64,000 bases of DNA, taken from the NCBI GenBank assembly GCA_012295275.1, contig CM022670.1, positions 33,976,001 through 34,040,000 on the forward strand. Direction: 5' to 3'. Position numbers and translations under genes: made by a program. Of this stretch, positions 41,293 to 55,425 are shown piece after piece. The notes under the pieces are model-generated. The model worked only from the letters and a program-made list of their open reading frames with translations. It made no database searches and was not told where the DNA came from. This stretch comes from Chrysomallon squamiferum (Eukaryota; Animalia; Mollusca). How positions within the stretch are numbered: position 1 is the first letter of the stretch; every line of letters begins with the position of its first letter.

Positions 41293-42825
41293 CAACAACA
41301 ACAATAACAATAACAACAGTAGTACAATAATAAATAAATATATATAAAAATAACATAAAATAACCACAGTGACAATCTTCTTACTAACTCACAGTCATGT
41401 TTCACTGAAACGAAAGACAGTTGTTTTCTTTGGCTCTGGTTTATTCTGGAAGCCGTCACAGCATCAACGTTAAGCCAGCTTAATCGAGGTCAGCATGCGA
41501 GGCGTTTCAGAAACCAATTAAAAACCAAAACGTTCACCGTGTACTCTAAAACACACGCTCAGGAAAATCACCCAATTCACTTTTTTGTTAAACAACGTCT
41601 TCTGAAAAATCATTTTTATATTGCATTTTAAACCTATTCCTCAGAGTTCAAATGATTTAAAAAAATAAAATACATAGCGACCACCCCACTCTAACAAATA
41701 ACGGAAAAACGAATGAAAACCAATAACAATGACAGTATTGTGGTCCATGTACTTGCACTTTCATGAGTCTGCCAATGCAGAATTAATGCGACTGCTCTTT
41801 TGTACCACCTGCATTCAATCAATAACATCATCTTATTTTCTGGCTTCGATAAAAAATTAAATAATCTATATTTCAGATAAATTACTATTTATTTCTCTCA
41901 GAAAATCTCCAACATTCGTGGTTTTTTTTGTTGTTTTTTTTGTTCTTTTTCTTATTAAAACAAACAAAAAAGGAAATTCCACCTGCTCTGGATAAAACTG
42001 TTTTTGGAAATCTGTCTCAGTAAAAACCTTGGTGAGATGAAGCTCTGAGAACTGCTGTAAACACCTGTCTAATAACTGTTTTTATCATACCACAGCCATG
42101 AAGTTGTGTGATGCACTAACGAGTTCCTCCTGATGGAGAAACGACATATTTTACTGCAATTTCTAATCTTTAGTTAATGTCTCCAAGTCGGTCAGTTCAA
42201 TTTTTGTTTATACAAGGTTGAAGTTTGTGAATTAATATTTCAGTTTCGTCAGTTCAACTTTCTATTTAATATTTCAGTTTCGATATGATTTTTGACTAAT
42301 ATTTTCATTTTATTATTATTTTTCTATGTAAAGTCTAAAAATTAATAAATAAAAAGATAATAAAATAAAAATACTGTTTATACCGTGACATATGACAATA
42401 TAACTAGAATCAGCGATCACACATATAGACACACACAGTGTCTTTTGCAGCGAAGAGGCAGTTATTACTACTGAAGAACATTTGAAGTCGGTGTTTAATA
42501 TTTTAACATTTGTACTGGAAAATTACGTTACATTACATAGCATTAAATTAAGTTACACTACAGAATATTACATTACATTACGTTATATCATGATTTCACC
42601 TAATTCTAATGCATTATCTTATTTTTCAGATAACATTTCCTTGACTAACTGTTTAAGAAAGAAAACAAAACTTGGGAACGAAGATGCCAAATTTAGCAAT
42701 AATGTCCACCATCAGTATGTCAATGCCTTGATCATACAGACTAGTTATGCAAACCCTACAGCTACTGCATCCATTCACGACGTTGTGAATACACTTGCAT
42801 CAGACTGTATTCTCCGTCTGTGATC

Positions 42826-43048
42826 ATGCAAAAGGGAGACGTCGTAGCCATCAGGGTTCCCACCCTTTCTCTCAATGGCATTGCCATAGCAGTGACCTTT
42901 TTTCTTGGAATGGTTCTCTTTCTGATGGCGTTTGCTTCAACCAACTGGCTCGGTTTGGACGGTGGGATTACAGTCAGTCTGTGGAAAAGTTGTCAGAAGA
43001 ATTTCAAAACGGAAGAATGGACCTGTTCCCCATGGGATGAATTACCAG
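42826..43048 (+). CDS. Claudin-like exon 1 (TM1 and first extracellular loop)
   Basis: atcATG start; FASTNW...SLWKSC...WTC; cag|gtatat donor; upstream acceptor tttttcag at 42629. Confidence 0.9.
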
Positions 43049-43528
43049 GTATATCTATATCTATATATATATATATATATTTTTTTTTTCTCTCGGGTAA
43101 CAAATTTTGACTACAAAAGTCTGAAGTATTCTACAGACAGCTTATTGTGAAGGTTTCTTTAAAAATGAAACCGATCAAGATATACAAGCGTGATAGATAT
43201 ATCGATAGACAAATAGAGATAGAACGACAGAAACATATACTGTAGACTGGTATAGGTTTAGAGACAGAATATTAGAGATGGAGAGAGATATAGAAAGATA
43301 GACATAGAGAGAGAGAAAGAAATATATTTTGTAGTATCTGATCCAAATTTATACTGCTTATTTGTTCAGTCCTTTTCACAACATTATTTTCCACAGAATA
43401 TTTTTTGAGCAAAATATTTTAAAATGTTCAAACAATGGCTTTAATTCTAAATTAAAGAATACTTCACAAAATTACGGTCTGAAAGAAATAATATTTTATT
43501 TTCTGAGAAACTGAAGAAGAAGACAAAA

Positions 43529-43559
<31 letters not shown>

Positions 43560-44525
43560 CAACCAATGTATTTTCATTCACAGATTTCCCTTAGTCACAT
43601 CCTTTCAGACAATATGAGATTTATTATAAAAGTATCAATCGATTGGCCTCTGCCTTAATTCAGCAATATCTTCTACACGTGAATAACACACGTGGACCAC
43701 GTCACGTTTACGTGTTAATCGTGCCCTCCAATTTAAGTTCCTCAAAAGATTAACGTACGTCTGTATGATAAATCACTGTCTAAATTCCCAATCAAGACCA
43801 GCTTAGTTCTAGTGGTGCCTGTTGATGAAGATTTATAGAGGCTAAGAGATACGAGAACATAATATAATTCAGACATTTAACTGTGTTACCTGTCTGTGTT
43901 ATCTGTCCATATATCAGTCTTTCTATCTGTCTATTTATCTGCCTTTCTGTCTGTCTATCTGTCCATATATCTGTCTGTCTGTCTGTCACTCTCTCTGTCT
44001 ATTATGTGCGTATCTGTTGACTGAAATATCACAAACAAATAATTATTATCTTGGTCTTTTTTGCCGTTGTCAAGAGAAGACAGACGTGCTCAAATAAATG
44101 AATAATAATGACAACTTTAAAAAGAAACTCAGTTTCAGCCAGTCAGTTATAAAATACTAAATCGCTCATTCAGATGACAGAACAGTTTATGTCATCACAC
44201 AATAGAAACAGTCAATAAAGTGGAAGCAAAAATACATTTATCTTCTTTTTTAATTTCAGATTTTGTCAGAGCAACGCAAGGGTTTTGTGTCATAGGACTG
44301 CTGATCTACGTCGTGTCTGCCATCGTGCTCGTCAGCTACTTGGTGATGCCGTCGTTGCACGAAATTCGCAGCATATTGATTGCAATATGTCTTCTTACGT
44401 TCTCAGCAGGTATTAAAAAAAAGTCTGTGGGAGAAATGCGTGGGGGGAAAATCACTTCAGTGTTCCAGAGTTAATATGCTTTCAACTCATCAGAGTTTTA
44501 GAGATTTAATAATATATTGCTTTTC

Positions 44526-44565
<40 letters not shown>

Positions 44566-45648
44566 CACTGTCTGTATCTGGTAATTTGAAATGATTTGCT
44601 CTCCGCTAAAAACTAATGAACAAATAAAAAAGTTCGAACATTCTTAGAATAAAAATATGTTTCACTGTCATCAACATCATCATCACCATCATCTTCATTG
44701 TCATTATCATTATTATTACTGTCACAAACACCGTCATCTTCGACGTCATCGACATCAATCATCAGTCATCATCATCATCATCTTCTTAGTCATGGTCATC
44801 GTCATCATCGTCATCATTATAATCATTGACATCATAATAATCGTCATCATCAACATATAACATCTCAACAAAAGCTAGAAGATATCAAAGCTATCATCAT
44901 CATCAAAACAACCAAAACGCAGCTTCAACAACAAAATAAAAAAAAAAAAAACAACAACAAACAAGGGCCAAAACAGCGTAAAATAATCGAAAAAGTAATG
45001 AATTCGACGCATGCCTTTTAAATACATCCATAAGTAATTTACTGGTTAGTTGCTTCTCTTTTCATTGTTATTTAAGGGGTGTATGCATGACAGCAAGTGG
45101 AAATAAATTGAATAGTAAGTAATGACAAGAACTTAATGATTATTTATTGGAAATTTTCGACTACAGAAGCTTAGGATGAACTGCCTTGCGTGCAGACAAA
45201 GCCTCCCTTGATGCTGAATCTTTAGTACTGCGCCGTTCACAGAATCAGTAAAGATTTCTAAAGCCAAACTATACACTTCTGTATGAGAATCCACTATCAT
45301 CACTGGGTTTTTTTTTTCTGTACAAAATAAAATTTAATCGTGTCACTTAATCGTGATTTTGGTCGAAGGTTTGATTTGCATATACATTTATGAAATGGAT
45401 CTTGTCATACACATATACATAAACATGCAAATTAGGCATGAAGGTTAGCTTTCTCAGTGATGAGTTTGAAAAGAGGATCGTAAGTGGTATATTCAATCAG
45501 TCCGTCTGTCAGTGACAATGTCTGTCTGATTATCTGTCTTTCAGCTTCAGACACGACAGATTTCTATTTTCTGCACATCTAAATGATACATGTACAGATA
45601 GGAAGACAAATGTCAAACTGTATTAAGTCATAAAATGGGGGGAGAGAG

Positions 45649-45736
<88 letters not shown>

Positions 45737-46080
45737 AAATTCAGCCAAAAGGTAGTATCTATTACAATGGCAATAGAGGCGAAGATATAGTAGTATATAT
45801 GATATATTTACATTATCATTGTTTTTGTTTTTCAGGCTGTATGACGCTGATGGCTTTGGTTGTGATGGGGATCAAAGGCAGAGATTTCTGTCTGGACATC
45901 AGACGAGACAGCATCAAGTTGTTTCAGTTCTTTGCACAGGGCGTATATGCTTCAGGACGATTCTACATCGGCTGGTCATCCATTGTAGCCATTCTGTCTT
46001 CATTAGTGACGCTTTCTAGTTTTGTCTTCAGCATGATAGAGTTCATGAGAATCAATGATCTTCCCGTGCATCACGTTTAA
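42826..46080 (+). CDS. Claudin/PMP22/EMP superfamily four-TM protein, 205 aa, three coding exons
   Basis: Exons 42826-43048, 44260-44409 and 45836-46080 join in phase 1/1 (618 nt). W-x9-SLWxxC-x10-C first loop, RATQGF before TM2, YIGWS before TM4, C-terminal HHV. Confidence 0.92.
44260..44409 (+). CDS. Claudin-like exon 2 (TM2 and TM3 start)
   Basis: tttcag/gtatta; DFVRATQGFCVIGLLIY... Confidence 0.92.
45836..46080 (+). CDS. Claudin-like exon 3 (TM3 end, TM4, tail)
   Basis: ttttcag acceptor; FYIGWSSIVAILS...; TAA at 46078-46080. Confidence 0.92.
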
Positions 46081-49000
46081 ATACCTTAAGCTTAGCAAAA
46101 CAATTTTATTTTATTTTTATTTTAAAATTTTCACACGTTTATTTCATCACATTCCAGAATTCCAAAATCACATAGGCAGTTGAGCTTTGATCTTTATTCA
46201 GAACCCACCTTCACAGTTCTTTATTTTTTTATTTTCGGCATCAGTTGTTTTAAAGTGAAGTGTCTTAAGTCCATTATGATTTAGCAGCCATATATTATTT
46301 TTTATATAAAAATTTCTTTTGTACACTTCATAAATCCCCAAAGCAGCTAAAATACACTAACCCTCTTTTACTGACACGCATGCATTTTATTTTTTTTGGT
46401 AATCATTATACAAGTTGACGGTCATCTATCACTGCCATTTCATAATTATTTTTCTTTATTTTTCTTTATTCTCATTGCATTATCATCATTCGTTTTAGCT
46501 TTCATGTGTAACAAAAACTAATGGCATGTCATTACTTTCATTGATTTAATTTTTCTCATCTTAAAGCAAAGGGTGATATAATATATCTTTAGCTGTCTGT
46601 ACCATTCATAAACACATTTTCTTTTTCATAATTAAGAAATGTAGAATAAAATATAAAAATACATGAACAGATCAAAGATTTCAAAACGGACGGATGCCAT
46701 TAAAAAAGGAAATACAAATAAAACTTTCAGAATGAAAAGAATATTATCATAAAAAAAAGAAAAGAATCGGGCGTAAAACTGAAGCAAGAATGATGGGTTG
46801 TAATAGTAGGCTAGGATCCTCTTAAAACATTGTAATGGAATTTAGCGATTTATCAATTAAATGTTTTAAGATAGGGATTCGCTGTTTAATGGATTTTAAA
46901 GAAATATCATTCATCCATATGAACAGTACAACCCCCCTAACAATAATAATAAAAAACTAATAATAATAATAAACACTAAATATAATAATAATAATAAAAT
47001 AATAACAATACAAAAAAATTCTTGATCTTAATTTGTTTAAATATTATATTATTGATTTAGCTCTAGATGTTTTTAGGTTTAAAAAAAAAAAAAAAAATCC
47101 CATTCTTTAGCAATCATTTAGTTTTAGTCAGTATTAAACTGACAAAATATTTTAGATTGAAGAGTTCAGAGAACTCTAACCTGTTGAATGAATTCTTCAG
47201 GATTGTTAACATTCTTTTAATATCGTTTAAAAATACGTTCAAAAATTATTAACAAAAGATTTGTTTAATTTATTTAAAGATTAGTAGGTGCGTTTACCAC
47301 AGTCCCGACACATGCAAACGAAGTTCTATGACAATTCCAGCCTTTGTAATAGGCTAACTTCCAAGCTTGGAGCTATATCAACTTACAGAACTGTTAAATA
47401 ATTTAAATTTAATACTCAGTTGTAAATTAATTGTGTATTTATACAAATGAGTTGTCACAGAACCTGTATTAATGCATTTTTTGTTTTCCGTTTGAAACAG
47501 TTTAATATAAACCTCATGAAAGCTAGTTATATTTCCATTTCATTTTCCTGCTATCGTGTTAGTTATGTTTGTGCATGAATATTTATGTTACACATCAGTT
47601 TATGTTTGTATGTATATCTGTGCGTGAGTATGTGTTTGTTTTGTATGTCTGTGTAAAGGTGTGTGATTGTGTATGTGTTGATCGGCCTCTGTTAAAGTGT
47701 AACGTTTTGGGAAGTCATTAAATCGATGATGGAGACAATTGTTTCTAAACTGTTTGTACCAATAAAGGCTTTGATTATACTTACAGTAAGTAACTCGGAT
47801 TAGGCAACGATTAAAGAACAAAATAGATACATTAAATATAATGTGAAATATGAATTATGTAATACTTCTTCTTAGAAATATGGATGCGTAAAATGAGATG
47901 AAACTTTCTTGTTATCTGGTAAAGACAAATAAGGTAATTAAATGTGTTTGTTTTTCTATATCGCATAAAATATAAAGCAATTTATATTCATAAATAAAAA
48001 AATAAAAATAAAACATTATTTAATGCATATAAAATACGTTTATTAGAAATACATGATTTTAATTTCTGAAAAATAATTTGCTGTTGATATATTTTTTCTT
48101 TTGTCTTCTGAAAAAAAATGAAAAGTTAATTTTACCCCTACAGAACATGTATAATATGAATAATTTTAAAATTATTTTGTTGTGAAAAAATTATTTTTTA
48201 ATGTCAAAACGTTCTCATATAACTGTAGATTAGTCGTTTCTGGGTATGGATAGGTTATCTTCTCATTCTGAGTTTATTTCTGAAATAGAAAGCAACATTT
48301 TATAATCAATGTTGCTAGTCATCTAGGGCCTCAGTCACTGTAGTCATTTTCATCCGGGTCTGATGCTTTGTAGCTAAACGTAATGAAAATTTAATAATTT
48401 ATTGGAACCGTGCAATATTAATTTTCGCTCTCTGATTCCGAAATCCTGTTGTAGCTAAGCATTAACCCTCTTGTCGTAGAGCCAACCCGCCTGTCAGGAC
48501 TCAGTGTTGTGATACTGCATCGATGGTTGTGAAACTGCGTCGTTTGAATTACATCTGTGTAAAGATGACAATAAAACGATAAAACATGGCATTCATTGTT
48601 TTGTTATTTAGATTCTTTACTTTACTTTCAAGGAAGGACTTTCAAAAAAAAAAAAAAAAAAAAAAAACAAAGAAAGAAAGTTAATACTAAAAACTTCAGA
48701 AAAATGGTTTCTGCGGTTATTTAACTATTAAATGTTTTGAATTTCCTAACATTGAAATAAATGTTGAAAAAAATTATTTTTAAAAATAAAGAAAAGAAAA
48801 TATAACTGAATATATAAATATAAATAATAAAGAAAATAAGTAATTTATTAACTAATCAACAAACAAATAAATTAAAAAGTAAATGAATGAATGAATAAAT
48901 AAATAAGAAATAAATAAAACTTTAATCTAGAAAAAACAAACAAATGTTATAATAAAAATAAAATATATTTGTTACTGAAATTTTATAGACGACTGCCAGA

Positions 49001-49220
49001 ATGTTAAACATTATTTTTTACTTTCTTTTTCACACAACTTTTACTATTATAAAACTCTAAAAAGACTGAACCACTGATTGTCCCGAGATTACTTTTTTTT
49101 AAAATATAAGAATGACAACCAAGTGGTTATTTATAATTATAAATTTAGTTTTATTCAAAAAAGCTATACATCTCAAATTAATTAAATTAAAACGATATAG
49201 ATCCCCACGAAATAAACAGA

Positions 49221-49345
<125 letters not shown>

Positions 49346-49844
49346 ATATAATTATAAAAATTAATAATAATAAAAATAAATAAAAATTAACAAGAGATGA
49401 TTTCACTGTTAAGATACAGATTTAATTCAAAGATAAATCAGAAAAATGAAATCTTGGAATATAAGAAACAGTATTCCAAAGAATAAAGGTTTTTATTAGT
49501 GCAGTGTCAAATTACTGCTTGATACTAAAACTGTCACATAAATTCTTCATACCTCGAATTACAGCTGTTTTATTTCATAGCACTCAGAAGATTCACAGAT
49601 TGTAACTCAAAGTATAAATATCTTATTCCTACAGTATCCTTTTCACAGGCTCGGTTTTCTGTAATATTATTTATTTATTTATTTATTTTATATTATATTA
49701 TTTTATTTTATTTTTTATTATTATTATTATTTTTTCATTCCCCTAACTCATGTATCTAAAACTTTCGTGCTGGTGGATAAAAAAATAAATAAAATATAAA
49801 TAATAATAAAAACAACAACAAGAAAAATAATAATAATAATGATG

Positions 49845-49905
<61 letters not shown>

Positions 49906-50159
49906 CAGCAACAAAAAACCCAACCAAAAAACAAATAAAAAGCAACTTAAAATTCTAATAATGACTAAAGTAAAATTAACAGCAGCAACAGCAAACGAAA
50001 CAAACAACACGCATGTACACAAACGTACACAAACACACGCAAAACATGAACATGGAAATAAATCAAACAATTTACTTATTTTATATTTTTTTTTTGTAAA
50101 AAAAAACAAATGAAAGAAAAACAGAAAATCAAATCAACACAAAAGAACAACCTAGACAT

Positions 50160-50564
50160 CATCCTGTCAAAACTGTCGTGATTCAGCGCACAACAAAACT
50201 CAGAAGAACAATAAACCCTTAATTCGTGATCGTGACCGTGTCTCTCGTGATTCAGCACATTCCCTAGCAGACTGCATCCACGTGTCAAACACTGGGTGGT
50301 GACGTTTCACTTTCCCATCGACAGAAAAAAACACCCAGCGCGAAAATCAGACCATTTACTACCCAGTCTTAATTGGTGTTTTGTGTTAGTCCGATCGATG
50401 ACGATACACGAGAACAATAATTAACAGGTCGATAGAGCGAGGCATGTGTTTGAGTGATTTCTGCATCTGCTGTGTCTTTTACGTCTGTACGTCAGCGACG
50501 TGCTTCTTCTGTGTGTACGTAGCTGTGTGTGACACCCAGCTCGGAATAACTGGCAAAAAAACAG
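50160..50564 (+). promoter_or_regulatory. CpG-rich promoter and non-coding first exon candidate for the 56.4 kb gene
   Basis: CpG-dense stretch with a cacgtg E-box ending in donor CAG|GTTAGT at 50564/50565; same strand as the downstream acceptor-led CDS exon. Confidence 0.45.
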
Positions 50565-50990
50565 GTTAGTATTATGAAGAATAATATTTATTGTTATTTT
50601 CTCTTAGAACAGTAAACAGTTTTTTGTATGCTGGTTTTTTTTTTTTTTTAGACCATTAAATTCCAATATAACTTGCAAAATCAGATTAGTATTATGAACA
50701 GTGTTATCAATATTATTATATCTCATAACAGTAAATGGTTGCTATTTTGTCAGTTTCTTTCATTTTTATCTTTAAATTTCAATATAACTGGGAAAATCAG
50801 GTTAGCATTATAAGGAATATTATTAATGTTATTATATCTTAGGAGAGTAAAAAGATTTTTGTTGGCTATTTTTTGGAACGTTAAAATCTAATATAAATTG
50901 CAAAATCAGATTAGTATGATAAAGAAAATTATTAATAAATATATTATATATTAAGACGCTAAATATCTTTTGTCCAGGTTGGAGTAATAT
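50545..50990. repeat. ~115 bp degenerate tandem repeat, 4 copies
   Basis: ataact.g.aaaa.cag(g/a)ttag.att at ~50546, 50667, 50783 and 50892. Confidence 0.75.
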
Positions 50991-51060
50991 ATAAAATTGA
51001 GTTCGTGTTGTTAATAATATTAATCTGTATTTTATGTCCCAATCATAAACAATTTATTGC

Positions 51061-51099
<39 letters not shown>

Positions 51100-51308
51100 T
51101 TGTTGTTGTTGTTGTTGACTCATAAATTCCAAAATGTATAGTATGGAAAAAATAGAAGAATAAAGTTCGTGTTGTTAATAATGTTAACGTGTATTGCTTA
51201 GCTCATTCATTTATGGTTGCAGTGTTTCTAAGTTATTGCTTAATTCCATCAGCTACTGTTCGTAATAATTTGCAAAATAACATTAGTATTGTTAATATCA
51301 TTAGTGTG

Positions 51309-51377
<69 letters not shown>

Positions 51378-51481
51378 CTTGTTGTTAATTAATTGCTTCT
51401 GAAGTTGAATTGAAAATGTTTATTAGTTTGTAACGGTTTATTATTAAAGTTATAACGTTAATGTTGTGACATGAAATTTGT

Positions 51482-51525
<44 letters not shown>

Positions 51526-52368
51526 TTACTATTATTATTTTTATTATTTTTATTGCCTGCTGTTGCTTCGGCTGTATTATATATATGTATATATACATTT
51601 TTAAAAAAGAAAAGAAAAGAAAAGAAAAAAAAGAGAAAAAGTGAATTATGCTCTGCAGTCAGCTTATCTCGTTATTATGTCAGAACATTTTATAAAAAGA
51701 AATAGTTTACTGTAAAATAAAAACATGTTTAAGGTCTTTAGAAAATGGACATTCTACTGTTTACTGAGTCTATTAGCAGAAAAACAACACAACAAAAAAC
51801 AACAACAACAAACAAACATCTGTTATATAAAGAATTAATACCCTGACCTTTCAGACACCTGTTTTGTCTCTTCACCAGAAAAAAAACACCTTATTATGAT
51901 CAGCTTAAAGTAGTAACATTATTTTGCTTGTTTTATCATAATCGCTTGTTTGTTAGGTTCTAATAACTTTATGAATGATAAACACTGATTAAGGAGAGTT
52001 TAGAAGGATTTCAACAGTACATAAGTTATTAAACAAAATATTAAAACTCAAATAATCTCTTAGATTTTCTGACATTTAAGCATTCATCCATCCTTATCTA
52101 GTTATCTTCCTTTTTGACTAGCTACACATATATTTACTTAATATCATGCAAACGTCAGTACAGATATGTCATTTTACTTTAGAACTAATATATATATATA
52201 AAGGCTGTAATGGGAAATAATGCATTAGCGTCTAGCGAAATCGACCCTAAAGCATCTGTTATCGATCTTTTTTGCTTTCTTTTACTTTGTATTTTTATTT
52301 ATTTATTTATTTATTTACTATTATTATTATTATTACTGTTGTTGTTGTTGTTGTTGTTTTTGTTGTTG

Positions 52369-52421
<53 letters not shown>

Positions 52422-52668
52422 ATAATATTAAAAACAACCAGCTGAACTTCCTGGATCAAAGTAATATTAAACTTCATATTAAATATAGTTGCCAGTTTTG
52501 CAGAAAATGTGGGTTAAGAAAAACTTAAGAAAAATTGGAAAAATGTTCTTTTTTCTTTCTTTTTTCTTTATTAATACATGTTTTGTTTTTATTATTGTTA
52601 TTATTATCATCGTCATCATCATCATTATCAACACCATCATCAATTTATTTATTTATTTAGGATAGTGG

Positions 52669-52710
<42 letters not shown>

Positions 52711-53535
52711 TAATCAAAACTGAAGATTTTCTTTTCTTCGTGCAAATAAATGATTTCCCAAGTGTTCGTGTCTTCACAGAAAGTAGACAGAGCTACTGTG
52801 ACATTTCATTCACGACTGATTAACCAGTACCTAATAAAAAGTTTAGCTTTCTCTAATTCTAAATTATTTAAGAGTTCGCTAGGTTCGACCCTTTTGTACT
52901 GTCATAAGAAGCTACTGTTCTTTTTACCAGTTCCAGCAAATACTCCTTTTTTTTTTAATGCGATAATTATGCATTATAAGAAATTGAAAATAACGTAACA
53001 TCATCATCATCATCATCATAATCATCATCACTTAGCAGCCGTAATCTCCGAAAGCTTCATCATATTGTTTCCACATCTTCTTGGCTTTTACCAGATGTTT
53101 TCTTTCCAGTAGACTGTTCGTCCTCCAAACTCTTGTTGGTGTTTTTCTAGATCGTTTCCTTTCACGTGGTTTCGAAGTGGTGACATGCAATATTCATCTT
53201 TTACAATTCTACTGATATGCCGCGGAAAAGTCCTCTTATATGTCTTGAAATATTATTTAAAAAAAAAAAAAAAAAAAAAAAGAAAGAAAGAAAAAGATTA
53301 TTGCTATCACTTTCTCTTCCAAACATTAAAATCTTCTTCTTATTTAAAAAAGAGAGGAAAAAACCAAAAACATTTGCTGAACATTTTCTCTCCGGAAATA
53401 TCTTTTATTTTATTTTAGTATTCATTTGATTTGTGAACTGACATTTTATTAATTTGAAAAAAAGAAAAGAAAAAACACACACAACAAACAACCTACAAAC
53501 GAACAAGGAAGCAAGCAAGCAACTAAACAAGCAAA

Positions 53536-53566
<31 letters not shown>

Positions 53567-53944
53567 AAGTTAAAAGTTAAATGAAAAAAAGGCCCAATAC
53601 AAATCAGTGCAAACAGCTTTAACTGATCACGTCTGATGGTACTGTTTGGTTTTAGAAAGACTGGCTGAAAATATCGCGTGTGGCTCCTTTCCGTTCTGTG
53701 CCCAAGAGGACTGTAAAGAACAGCAAATAGTGTTTATTTTGCGATGAAAAAATCTTGGCTCTGTCTGTTGATCTGTTTTATGGAGCCGGGAGAGATAAGA
53801 CTGAATTAAAAACCACAATCTGCGATAGTGCCGTCGATTTTTATGCGTTTTTTAGTTCATTTATTTTATTTTATTTTATTTTATTATTATTATTTTTTTT
53901 TTTTAGGTGTCAGCAGATTTTACGGCATGATTTTGGGTAAAACC

Positions 53945-53999
<55 letters not shown>

Positions 54000-54053
54000 A
54001 ACAAACAAAAGAAACCCTTCCAAAAAAAACCTCCCAAACAACCATAACAAATA

Positions 54054-54128
<75 letters not shown>

Positions 54129-54139
54129 AATAATCATAA

Positions 54140-54171
<32 letters not shown>

Positions 54172-55194
54172 ATTAAAATAAAAAAACAAATCAACAGCAA
54201 CCAAATTAAGCTGATTCAGCGATATACAGTTAATACTGCTTATTTACTTAATTCTTATTTCAAAGTTGAAATGATCACTTTCGTTTTTAATTGTCTTTCT
54301 GTTTGCCTGTTACCATGGAAACGTATTAAGGAAGTAATATCCGATTGGTAGCAGTCTTTGATTCAAGAACCATAAAGTTTAACAAGCTTGAATCAACAAT
54401 TTTTCCTATAAATCTTTTTAATTAAAGTTTTTGTGGGTTTTTGTTTTTTGGTTTTTTTTCGTATTCTTTCCTTCTTCAGTTTTCTTTTCTTTTTATTAAT
54501 AAATAAAAAATATTTTCAGTTTTCTATAGAGAACAGAACAGTTTTAGTCAGCTGTAACTGTAACTGTGATATAATGATTATATCAAATAATGAAATATAT
54601 ATATATGTGTGTCTGTGTGTGTGCGTGTGTGCGTGTGCGTGTGCGTGTGTGTGCGCGCGTTATATACACACACGCTAATATACGTAAAGTAGGTTTATAT
54701 GTATATATTTCTTCTTTTTCATTAGAATAGAAATTCACATGGACATATGGATACATGTCATTATATTTTCGTTAGAAAAGACATTCATATACTTACCTAT
54801 GATATATATATATATAAATTTCTATATATTTCTTTGCTATTGATTAATTATATTATCTTGATTCCATGAATTCTGGCAAGTCTGGCTTTTATCACAGTGC
54901 GTGTATTAATTATTTAAAACAATGGCCGCTACCAATGATCAACAGCGTGGAAAGCTCAATTATTTCAACTCGGCCAATCTAATTATTTCTAACAGCCACA
55001 CTTACAAAGAAGACGGTAGACAATTGCTGCTGTTAAAACATTGATTACTGCAAGTACAGGTGTAAACAGAAAATGGTAATTCTAGTATCTTTCCAGACAT
55101 AATGGTCACTGACACGCTTAACGTTTAAACGTTGACAAATTCGGGAGGACAAGCAGACATGTGGACAGTGACCAGCATTATTTATTAACTGCTC

Positions 55195-55255
55195 TTTGTT
55201 GAATGTATTGTGCAAGTACTTTTTGTTGAATGTATTGTGCAAGTACTTTTTGTTG
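55195..55255. repeat. Perfect 27-bp tandem duplication
   Basis: ttgttgaatgtattgtgcaagtacttt x2. Confidence 0.9.
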
Positions 55256-55260
55256 TTCAG

Positions 55261-55312
55261 GCATTTTACAGTCGTTTTTCTGAAGGCAGAGGTTTTTGTT
55301 ATTGCCAGGAAG
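55261..55312 (+). other. Candidate 52-nt non-coding 5' UTR exon
   Basis: ttttgttgttcag acceptor and AAG|GTAAGA donor; no ATG inside. Confidence 0.45.
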
Positions 55313-55425
55313 GTAAGAAGTTTTAAAAAAACGTTTGTGGTTTTAGCTCTTTTCATGTGTGATATTCGTCAGATGAAAAGAAAATTTGATGTTAGAGACA
55401 TTTCGTATTTATTTTATATCAGTGA

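Larger units (their letters stand above)
38935..41548. repeat. Three copies of a ~70-130 bp element: 38935-39005 (inverted), 40171-40298 and 41441-41547 (direct)
   Basis: Shared tattctg.aa...taatcgaggtcagca. Copies 1 and 2 also share gagccatcaatctgg; copies 2 and 3 share ttcagaaaccaattaaaaaccaaaacgttcaccgtg.actct. Confidence 0.85.

Noticed and set aside
44657-44860. His-rich/Ile-rich ORF inside the claudin-like gene
   Set aside because: Degenerate (CAT)n microsatellite in intron 2.
53907-53936. Possible additional 30-nt 5' UTR exon
   Set aside because: The acceptor is just a poly-T run and the donor GTAAAA is weak.
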